Below are positions 11,157 through 23,100 of a stretch of DNA of 64,000 nucleotides, in pieces. Every line of letters starts with the position of its first letter. Position 1 is the stretch's first letter. The notes under the pieces were generated by a model. It was given only the letters and a program-made list of their open reading frames with translations, did not search any database and was not told the origin of the DNA. This DNA comes from Phoronis australis (lineage: Eukaryota; Animalia; Phoronida): the NCBI GenBank assembly GCA_002633005.1, contig NMRA01000047.1, forward strand, positions 498,913-562,912. The letters run 5' to 3'. The translations under genes and the position numbers were made by a program.

Positions 11157-14100
11157 TCATCTTGAACGAGTGGGATATCTAGTTACAGAGTGTGTACTGT
11201 CACAAGAGCTATCCTCATCAATTTTACTGCTACGCGTCGTCCTCAACGTTGGACCCGACACAACGCTATCTCCATCTGACAATTCCCCAGAGCTATTGAC
11301 AACATCCACAAACACTTCATCCAATCCAAGCCCACTGTTGGAGCGAGTCCGGGACTTGAGCGGTGCCAGTGTGTTAACGTCTATATCCTGTCCTCGGCTA
11401 CGTAGCGATCGCGATGGCGACAAGGGGGAGTCACCATCGCCAACACTGCTCAAGTCCCTGTTGACATTTTCAAACACTCTGTCATCAGAATCCACAGAAC
11501 CTAGTTTTCTCCGTGAGCTACGTGTTTCTGTACTGGCCTCGTACAAATTTGGCGTCTTCACACTCCTCCTAGTGGCCGCAGTGGGAGTATTTTCTTTGCG
11601 CGTGCTGTTGCGGTAATTCCTAATGAAACTCGGAGAATTACCGCCACTCCTGTTCTCAAACTCCTCCATTGGCGACCTCAGAGCCACTCGCAGGTCACGA
11701 GCTTCGTTTGCATTAGAATTACTGTTCTTATTAGGAGTCCTGTTATTGAAAGTCTTTCTGGGAATTGGTTTGAAGTATGCATCCAACCTGCGCTGAGTCG
11801 TGTCATGTAAACCATTTATAACTGGCCGGAGTCGACGAGACGAGTAGACTTTACTCTGCACTTTATCGCGCACCCGTTTACTCAGCACAAACTGCGAGGC
11901 TAACCTCTTCATGTCATTAAAGTCTCTACTTATCACTGGTTTTTCCTCGAATACATCCTCCTTCTTGATGTCAAACAAATTATTATTTAACTTAACCTTC
12001 GGTTTGTCCTCCTCGATATCCGACCTCATCGACATATTACGTTTGCGCAGTTCTCTGTGCGTTTCTTTCTCATCTGATATAGGACTTCTGCTAGGGGTCC
12101 TGTTTACTTTATTCAATTTAACCTGTAAATTTTCCTCATCAAGATCTGACCTAGTGGACATATTACGTTTTCTCAGTTCTCTGTTAGTTTCCTTCTCATC
12201 TACAAAGGGACTTCTACGCGGGCTCTTATTTACTTCTTTCAAGTCCAGCTTTTGCTTACTCCTATCTGGAGAACGTAAATCGACATCCTCCTCTTGGGCA
12301 GCTCGTTGCAAGGTAGCAAAACTATCCGATTCAATGCCTTTCTCATCCTCACTTCCTGACGATGTTGAAGACGTACTGTTGCTGTTAGATTTTTCAGAGA
12401 TGCTTGGATATCTTGTTTGCGAACGCTTGCGCAGTGGAAGTGGGTCCTGAGTAGGTGACCTCACTGTACGCTTGTGAGGTGAGAGGTGCGGATTAATTGG
12501 TGACTTTGCCGCTTCATACTTCGGTGACGTTGTGACCACTGGAGGAGAAGCCCAGCCAGACAAGTCCTCCCCACGAGACCGCAGAGGCCTACGGCGGCTG
12601 ACTTCCCCATGTGCTCTAGTCGTAACATCAGGCTCAGGTTCCTCTGGCAGATCAGGATGAGGTGAAGCTACTGATGACTTCTGGCCAGCCTCATCTTCAT
12701 CAACGCTGCTGTTATCCTCCAAGTCATTACCATCATCCTCGTCATCAAGCACATCGTTACTGTCATTCTCGTCAGCCCCGTTGTCATCGCAAGTTTGTTT
12801 TGCTTCTGCCAGCCCCCGTTGTTGGCTGTCCAACTGCTGAGCGCGTTTCTCGCGCATCTGATCAGCTTTCAATAAAAGCTCTGGGTCATCGTAGGCACCA
12901 CACTTCGCACTAGCCTCACGCGCAACGTCTACATCGTCCTTGGTTGGCTTACACAGATCCAAGTAAGCGATCTGCTTGCGGAAGATTTGTTCTCGAAGCT
13001 TGTAGTAAGAACGTCGGATCTTCTCACGACGTCCGACCATGTAGCACAGGTTACGCACCTTCAAAAACCAAAGATAGGATTGTGAGATAAGCTTTAACAC
13101 CATGACTGTTTCAAGCACTATTTTCTAGAGAGAAAATTGAAATTGAGGAAAGCTTAAAATCCCAGAAAGGTTAATGGATCATTACATGCTAACCACGTTA
13201 ATGTTGGAGTGTCAGTGAGAATATTTGCAGGCAAAACGTTTTACCCCTTTCTTCTAAAACCCAGAGTAATCTGATTATCACTCATAGGCACACATCAAGT
13301 TAACAGGGCATGATGATCATATCTAGGTTGACTGATTAAACTGCTTCCCATAACAGGAGTGCAATTATTTCCCTATTAAAATGGGTATTTGAAAGTACAA
13401 AAGGTAATGGTAATTGGCTCTCCAGAGGCACTGGTAAATGATAGGGGTAACCAGCAGTAGTTATGTCATGAGGGTACAGAGGAGCAAACAATTTAAGTAT
13501 AGTTGCTTAATTTGTTCACAACGTAGCTATGCTCTCACATTCTTTCCTTCACTAAATTTGAAGGTATTTATAACATTTCATAACAAATATTTCTTAGCCA
13601 GTCACTGACTAAAATGGGTTGCTAACCCATAGTAAATGGGTCAATTCTATCATTGATCACCCTATGCGTAGAGCTCTCCATGAGCATATCACTGACAACT
13701 AAGCTTAATTTTACAAATGTAAAATCAGGTAAAACACTCTAAAATCTGGTAAAAAAACAAATATTAAAAAATGCAAGCTTTCAAGCCTTAATGGAAGCAG
13801 CTCTTCATAAGGTATGAAGACAAGTGGAATGAGAGGCTTCCTTATTACCAAAATTTAAAACACTTTACCTGATTCTACAATGTTTAACTTCATCTGGGCT
13901 CGACATATGTCATTTTTAAATAATTTTAATAAGTTTGATAAAGCTCCTTTTAACAAAACAATGCTGTTTCTTCTCTCTGGTTTTTGGGTTTCGACTCATG
14001 TATAGTATTAAATATACAACATAAAAGAGCAAGCAGAGTATTGAAATGCGCCCACAACAGTGTGCTTCTAGAGGTGTATATTTAACATAAGAAAATAGCC

Positions 14101-17100
14101 ACCAGATGGTGCAGAATACGTCAAATGCATCCAAAAATGGAAAGGTGTAGCTAAATTTCAACGTAAACACTACAATTGCCACTAGGGGGCACAATGGTAG
14201 TCCGATAGGTCTCAAACTCATCATAATCCCTTGTCAGCGCTGTAGGAACACATCTGTCAAATTTCACAAAGATCGTGCAAAAGGTTAAGCAGACACAGCC
14301 ATAGACAAAAAGCTACCAATAAGGGACGCCAAAGTAGTTGAAACAGTCCCAATATCATCATCAGTCGCAGTCTTTTCATCAGAACAACATCTGTCAATTT
14401 TCACAATGGTCCTTGGAGTGGTTTGGCGAATACACCAAACGCCAAAAACGGAGATGGAACTTTTAAAAATCACCACTAGGTGGTGTACAATGTGCTAAAT
14501 CAGTATGAAAATGGGAAAGCATTGCTTACTCTCTAATAGGAGCCTATTTGCCAAGTTTCGTGAAAATCCATCCATGAACTCCGAAGATACATGTAAAAAA
14601 ATAAAATTGCCACTAGATGGCACACAAATTGTTAGCTGGATCTGACACTTGTCATAATTTGTTGTCATCTCCATAGGAACGCATCTACCAAATTTCACAA
14701 AGCTTTTGCAAAGGGTGAAGGAGATACATCCAGACACAAAATGCCGACTAGGGGGTGCCAGAGTAGTCAAACCACACCGAAAGTCAACGTCACGTGTGGT
14801 CTAATCAGAACCACACCTGCCAATTTTCAAAATGATCCTTCAAACATCTTGGCAGATAGAAAGGCGGATGCCAAAACAAACTCGAAAAGTTAAAAATGGC
14901 CACTAGGTGACGCAGAATTGTCAAAGCCCTCTGAAAATGAAAAGGTTTCATCATCTCCTTAATAAAAACCTATTTGCCAAAATTCATGAAGATCCATCCA
15001 CGAACTGCGACGATACAAAGTCAAAAATTTAAAAAACTAAAATTGCCACCAGGGGACACAGCGGTAACCAGTTCAGTATGAACTCTGTTGGCATCCGTAG
15101 TCAGTTCCATATTAACACATCTACGAAATCTGATTAAGATCCTGCAAGGAGTTTAGAAGATATAACAGCAGACGCCAGACGCTGATACAGAGATGACAGC
15201 AATATGCACACTGAACTCTGATTAAATTAGGACAAAAATATTTTTTCATTATGACAAAACTTTGACTAAACAGCCAAGTAATTATGGCAAGAAGTCCGTC
15301 ATAGTTTGACAGAGTCTCGACAGAGTTCTTTAGACGTCAGTAAAATTTATTTTCATAACAAATGTATACGGACACAGACAGCAAGTTACAGCATCAGATA
15401 TTGAATTAGTCAATGAGTGAGACAGTCGCTGAAAGTGACTAAAGAGACTAGATCGCAAGTCAAGGCTTCACAGCACTGACAGGAATGTAGAACAGACATT
15501 ACAACAGACATCTTGCATGGGCAGACTGTTACGCTCAGTTAAGATTAACAAAGTGATTAACTTGAATTAGTCTTTAGTATATCATGACAGCAAAAACTAT
15601 TAGCAACAATCAGTAAGGACCTGTGATTGCCTACACACCCACATGGAAAAACAGGATGCCCCCTAGCAGCACACGATGGTACTTCCACTTTACATGGGGG
15701 AAGCCCCATTACCTACCCTTTCCAAGTCTTGCCGAAGGTGAACAAACATCTTCATTCGTGCTATCAAACTGTTCTCTTGCTGCTTATTCAACAAGTCCGC
15801 CTCGTCCCTCTTGGGCGTCATCAAGGCTTTGTTGTATAGAGACTAGAACAACACATCAACTTACAGTAAAGTAGTGAAGGCTTCTAACAGAAATTATCAA
15901 TGCCTTCTCTTAGTCACATAGCGTCGTCAAAGCTTTGGTGGAAATTGCGAATACAAATACAAGGAGACGTATATTGATGGGTAAAGTGTGATGAAATACT
16001 AGACTGTTCATTGTGTTCTTGCACCGTTCATTTTGCATCATTCACAGAAGAGCACAGCTTTCAGTTTTATTAGAGTATTTTTTCTCAATCATGTTACCGC
16101 ATCTCAATCAACTCCCATTATCTCCTCTTAACTACCTTACCCCTCCTCAAACATCCACCATTAATTACTGTAACAGTTGTAATACATGATCGCACCTCAT
16201 TCAATGCCAATCAATTACCTTTCAAATACATGACCCGCCCGATAATTACCTTTGAACTGCATGACTGCCTGATAATTAACTTTCAACTACATGTCTCTGT
16301 TTGATGACCTTTCAACTACATGACCCCGTTGGATAATTACCTTTCTCTTCAACTTCCAGTACTCATAGAACATGTCTACTGCCTCGTGGCCCAACTGCAG
16401 GGTTACCCCCTCGGTACTAGACGCCAATAGTGAATCCAGCACTTCCTCTACAGTCACACATGTGTAGAACACTTCTTTCAGCTCCTCAATTCTGCACAAC
16501 AAGTTATTCAGCAAGAGTTTTAAAGATGTCGACAACATCCTCTCAAATTGGATCTAATACACTATAAACATCAGCCTCTAATAGTCTAACCATTTTGTTG
16601 TTGGTTCCCACTCACATCAGGTATTCATTATTAAGCTTTCAGCAACATAACTCAAACAAGATATTTGTCCATAGAAAGTAGATTAATCATAGAAACACCG
16701 TCAGAGCCACAGTACACTGTACTTTGCAAATATATAAGTACAAGAACTGTGAGTGCCAACGATTGGCATTACCATGAACGATGATCTGAGTTACTTTTGT
16801 GAGGAGCAGAACTATTATCGCGTTAGCAATTTCTGAAGCGTGGTAGACAACTGACCTGTGTGATACTGGACTGCCAGGGATACTTAACAACAGACAAGAC
16901 AAATAACTCAGGGCTTGGAATATGACCCAATGACAAAAAGAGGACAATTTTCAAGGTCACGTATCATTCCACAAATAAACCTGTGTAATAGCAATAATTT
17001 ATGTGTGGTAAAATTTAACTGAAATGAACGTATTTGGATGAATGAAGTCAAAACAATTAAAAAAGAGTCAAAAAGAGGAAACTGGAAATCAAATAAGAGG

Positions 17101-20100
17101 AAATCGAAACCAAAAAAGAGGAAATCCTCTTCAAAGAGTAAAATTGCTAGCTCTGATAATTGCGTTTGCAAACCACACTAGTCCCGAAAACTAAACATCA
17201 ACTGTTTGTTATATATGTTATATATGACTGCTGACAACCTTAAATGAATCAGTTTCATTAATTTCAGGAAAATTTTCATGAGGTTTTGCTCCTTTCACTT
17301 ACACAAGCTATCCACATTTGGAAACAACTCTTCATATTCTCCAATCTTTCCATGAGTTTCCGTATGACCTAAATTGACATTTTAAATTCTGACCTAGACA
17401 TAAATGCTACTCAAATTAAGAAATCCACTGACTTTTGCAATCGCAGGTTTTCCCTTTCCGCTTCGGTCATGTCCTTCTTGGCAGGACTGAGTGGCATGCT
17501 GTTACCGTCTTTTTTAGGCGACCTGTAGCCATCCAGCTCCGATATCTTCACTCCACGCTCTTTAATGTGTCTTGTGTGCTTCGGACAGAACGCCTGCGAA
17601 ACAATACACAAAACGTTAAATAGTCAATCTTACGATCCCACATTTCTTAGTGTATCTAATACAACAAAGGATCTTAAACGACATTTAATCTCCGTTCCAT
17701 TTCCAAAAAACTAGAACTTAGGGTTCACTGACGCCACCGTGTGATTTTTTAATTTCCCACAGACCACAGTCTCGTACCTTTAACTTGACACCGTCATCGA
17801 AATCGTTTTCATCTAGAATTGTCTTCATCTCTAGACTGTGTTGGAAGGCGCAGGTGACGTGGAACGCTGTCTTACAGCTCTTCACTGAACACTGTATGCA
17901 GGCCCCAACCCTTTCTCTACACAGACAACAGACCAGAGCCCAACGACTAGTCTGCAACAGATGAGTACACGATTATCGCAACGGAACATAAAGTTTCTCT
18001 GATTTCAAGATTCTTCCAAGGTCGCAGAATTTGTCTCACTCACACAAACACTATGAAAGTGAAAAAATGAAACAGAATAAACAAATTTTGCTACTTAAAA
18101 ATACAATCAGTTGCATTTTCACTTTCCAGTGCTTTTCCACTATGAGTTGTAACTATAGATAACTGACCACCACTACCAAGAATGTAGAGTTGCACTTTAT
18201 ATGCCAAGTTGACATTAGCATAAGTAGAAAGATTTTTTCAGAAAGAAACAGAGAACCAACTCTTTTAACCCTCTTGCTGCCAGAGCCCATGGTGACCCAC
18301 ATAACCTCCAGTGCCAGGCATTATAAAGCACCTTCTAGTGGCCATGTTACGAACTACTAACTTGTGCTTTTAATTAATCATTTTTCAAGTGATGATCATT
18401 ATTTTTCACGTTACCATTGATACTGTGAGTAGAGCATAGATTTATCTTGTTGATTACATTTCAGTTATATAAAACATATTTGTTTTTTCAGAGTAGGGGC
18501 CTTGGAATCAAAAGACCCGTGGATAAAAATCTAAACATGCGTGTATTTTGGTGACAAAAATCAATTTATATGCTTCATTAACTATTTTACAAGGTCTTAA
18601 CTTGTTTTTCTTACGATTCAGAAAGTATCTGTGGACCTGGACAAGAACTTACAATTTTTTTCTAGGTTTAACACCAATAAACGGTATTGATAAAATCAAG
18701 GTCTAATTGAAGAAAATCATTGAACTCTGACATACTTTTACACGTTTATTATTTGAAAAACTGAATCAACAAATTCATTTTATGAACATATATACATGTT
18801 TACAAAACTAACAAGAAGAGAGTATAAGAATAAACAAGTTATTTTAATAAAGTAACTGATTTAGACACAAGTAACAAGTTCAGTCCTTTTTTTCACAAGT
18901 GTTCAGTTCAGTCCTTATTACTCAACATTGTTTACAAAATGTAACAAACCATTGATCAACAGAAACTTATTTTGTGACATAACTAATAAAACAAAATCGT
19001 TTGAAATATCGTGGAAGTGTTCTAATGATAATGTACAAATGGTTTTCACAAGTCCGATAGATATTTGAAGGGTCGTCACAGCACGGTTATCGTCCGGTGA
19101 CATGGGAGCCCAGCCTTGCAAACGCGAGTGTCACGATAACTGCTGGCTTTTCGCGAGTATTGATCCGCGAAAATGTTCGTCTGGGTGCAAATCATCCTCA
19201 TAAAATCCTTATTGAAGAAAAGTTTGAAGTAGTTAACAGGTTTAGTACCCACTAAAATCACGCGAATCCCTGGAACTTCAGTGAACTCCAGACACTACGA
19301 TCGAACAGGTAAGTTACTTGTGTCAGCCACCCATTCCTCGGGTAAAACGTCGCCACCGTTCTCAAGAACGGCATCCAAGTCAGCGTCCCTCATAAATCTT
19401 CTAAAGTATAGCCTTCATACTCCTTGTCTCTATCAAAATCGTTCGTAAAAATCGTATAAACCGCATCTAAATAACTATCGTCAAACTCGTTCGCCATGTT
19501 TACTATCTCAATACGCGTGGTTTTTAACTCGCGAATCACGTGCGCTTTGACATCGTTGGAAGCCAAATTTTTCACTGAATGCTTAGTAAAACTAAATTTG
19601 ATTGGCTTAGCCACATTTTCTTGTGGGTGTGCCTTCAACACCGACGCCAATTGGCTAAAATCTGAAGGGTATCTTGAGGCTGTTTTCTGGGTCACATGGT
19701 CGCAAATATGCGACTACGGCACTGGCAAGGGATAAAGTTGTTGTCGCAGAATTGCGACCACGGCAGTAAGAGGGTTAAAGCATTTTGGTGTCACGTGCAA
19801 GCACCAACTCTCATCAACTTACTGGTATCATGGATATCTTTGTAATGGGTTCCATCTTGTCCACACAGCCTATGCTGACCTCTGGTATCCAAAGGGCACA
19901 ACTAACATGCGCCCATTTGGTGCCGCTTCTGCAAATAATTTGTTTATATGCAAACACTGTACTGTTATTAACAAAATTCCTGTTATCAACCAAATGTAAA
20001 GTTTTAAGTTCGTGACAATATTTGATCATAGTGACTGGTGAGCAAGCTGTTGTTGTAAATTGCTTAGGATTTCACTTTGCTAATTACGAGGTTCACAAAT

Positions 20101-23100
20101 AAAGAGCTGTGAGCCAATTTCAAAACTTTTCCTTAAGCACGTGTCTGTGAAAAGAAAATGAATGTGAAGGAATTATCTATACAATAGTCTCTGTTCATAA
20201 CAGACACACCCTGATTTTTAAAACTGATAAAGCTGAGCTGCAAAACATAGCAGTAAAGTTCTTGACTAGCAATTCACTTTCAATTAGTGAGTATTTTCTT
20301 GCCAGGGGCGGATACCTCATTCCCTTGGAATGTCCACGCCAGATTTTTAAAACATCGTAACCAGGATATCCAACAACATTGACATGTCTACAGAGTACCT
20401 CGTCACATGTGCAATAGATTATGAGATATCGAGCCATTGAAGGACACACAAAAATAGCAGTTGCTGTGCAACATCAATATTCCGTAATTCTCCGCTTTGG
20501 GATGCACTCATCCATAAAAATGTCAACAGTCAGCTTACTTGGTACTTTTCATGGCACCCTCTGTCTTCGGGCAGAGCAAGCATCTGGGCTTGATGCCGAG
20601 GGCACACGTTCTACACAGCCATGTACCATCCGGAATGGTCATGATTCCATAGCATGCCTGGTGCACACAGATATCACAGTTGTCACAGAACACCATCTCA
20701 TTGTTTTCCTCGCTGTCAGGCTGAAGCAAGAAGCATTCATTTTACTTTCATATATAGGCATTAAATTTGCCTTGACAGCCTATAGGTGGCAGTCAGATCT
20801 AGCAACAGGTGTAGTCTGTACTGCAATTGGTAGTTAGCAAAATAAACAAAGCCAATAAGTACCAGCGTCAACTGTAGTACCGACTGATAGCTGATGCATA
20901 ATCTGACTGCCGACAATTGGACAGACTGACCATTTAATCAATTAAGTCGAAAAAGAATGACGTGCTTAACAAAACGCAAATTTAAAAGGGACAAACTCAT
21001 GCCTACTGTCAACTACCAACTTTGGATTTAGGCCACTTACTGTTGTAAAATGGACATCAGCCTGTTAAAAATTCTTATTAGATATTACTGCCACGCTTGA
21101 GAAGAAGTTTTGTTAGTTCTTCAGACCAGTCCTAACAAATTGCGGGTTAGTTTCAGCCACAAAGGCAGTACGGCCATCAAGGAATTCCTGGTGATTTATT
21201 GTAACTAATTTCATCTCAAAGGATAAAAATGTGACGACACTACTTTGGAAGAGCAAACACCAACGTAGAACTCAATGCAGATAATAACTCAAGAATTTGC
21301 CGTGTATAACACTTACAGGAATGACAAGCTGCAGTAGTAATACTGAGAGTTGTGGTTCATTCTTCATTGTCATCACGTGGTTTACCGATTTAATAATGCA
21401 CACTGCTTACACATTTATACTTAGATGTGTATCGTGGTTTACCGATTTAATAATACACACTGCTTACACATTTATACTTAGGTGTGTATCGTGGTTTACC
21501 GATTTAATAATACACACTGCTTACACATTTATACTTAGGTGTGTATCGTGGTTTACCGATTTAATAATACACACTGCTTACACATTTATACTTAGGTGTA
21601 TACCGTAGGAATTCTCAATTTGTGACAACAGTGAGTGTTCGAGTAGCTATTTTCCTACTTTCAGAAGCATACTGCACCCCTATACATGCTTACAATGTTA
21701 CCAGTTGTTGATTTGTCACACGTTAACCAAACAGACGCTAAAAAAATTCGTAAAATCTCCTGAAAAGTCACCTTTTGTTGAGAAATTTCACGACATAAAA
21801 TTTCACTTGTCAGCCACACCGTGTCCGAAACTGAAGAATTTTTAATGTAAAAACTAAAAGCTGAATGTCTCCAGTGCTTGCATAAGTATCATTTTACACA
21901 AAAGCACCTCTTGGTTTACAGAGATGCCCAAACCCCCAATAATTCCATAGCCATGAAGACGACAGTTTACAGCATACAACACAAACTGCCAACTTTAATA
22001 TTCAGGCAAATAACTTACTGAGCGGCAAACATCGCAGACAACATCTTCGTCATATTCTATACCCAGTCCTTCGGAGTTCTTTATTTTGGCTTCCATGTTG
22101 TCATGACACTAGAATCAAACATTTCCATATGGCTTGCAACTCGGACAAGATCACGGACAGCACACAGAACGACAACAGGAGTAAGTAGGTTCTGCTCACA
22201 TCAAAAGAAATCCCAGTATATGACAATGGGTGTTCATCAAAAAAGCACAAACAAGATAAAGATGCTTGAGCACGCCGAAGGACGCTCTGGGGGATCTACC
22301 AGCAGGAAAATCTTGACAAATAAGACCTTACGTACCACTTTCCCTATTATCTGAGTCGTACTAGATATAATATAATGCGTTGCTTTCTTTATATATTTAC
22401 ACAAATAATTGCTCTTTAATAAAAATGACTGCATCCAATGTTTTGCAGTAACAGCATGGCTCTCAAAAGCTTTCAATTAATCACATCACCGCAAACAGTA
22501 CACAGTGCTTTTCCAATGACATCAAGTTTCGTAACGTAATCACCGAGGTAAGAGACACTGGTTCATGCTTGCCATCAACTGAAGGAACCTACCCCTACCC
22601 TACTCAATAAATAAAAATATTCTCAATGTATCGCGGCCACTTTATTAATGGAGTGTCCAAAAAACTTGTGCAAACTACACCAGAAACATTAATCCAATCA
22701 GAAATTTAGCTAGGGACTTCAGCCTAATGCATGTATGATACAAGGTTCAGATGCCCATTTCCCAAAAAGACTTTAGCCAAAAATCAGAAATCTAACTATG
22801 AATAGCCTAACGTTGATTCGTTTGTATTTTGCTCATCTCAAAACGTTTTGTCTATTACCTAGTGCAGCAGACAAGGGATTTCAGTCTTTCAGACTTCGAA
22901 TTGATGACATATTTTCCAACTTTCAGCCTTAGCCTGTTTTTGTTAAACAGGTTGAGCCATCCGTACACTGATTTTTAGCTGAAAGTCAAAACACAAAAGC
23001 CAATTGACACTTCGAGAAACAGGCCAAAAGGTCATCCCGGTGTCAAAATTTTGAACGAGTCTGTCCTTAAGTAAGGACGTCTTACCACAGCAAAAGCATG

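Noticed and set aside
11152-12913. Plus-strand ORFs of 154, 179 and 83 aa
   Set aside because: Antisense shadows of the large Jade terminal exon.
13059-13118. N-terminus of the 653-aa ORF as an independent gene start
   Set aside because: Intronic; the exon starts at the acceptor before VRNLCYM and continues LRQDLER from the upstream exon.
21297-21608. Repeat array resembling CRISPR, and a 103-aa repetitive ORF
   Set aside because: Units are contiguous 57-bp copies with no unique spacers, there are no cas genes and it lies in a eukaryotic intron; the ORF is a by-product of a unit length divisible by 3.
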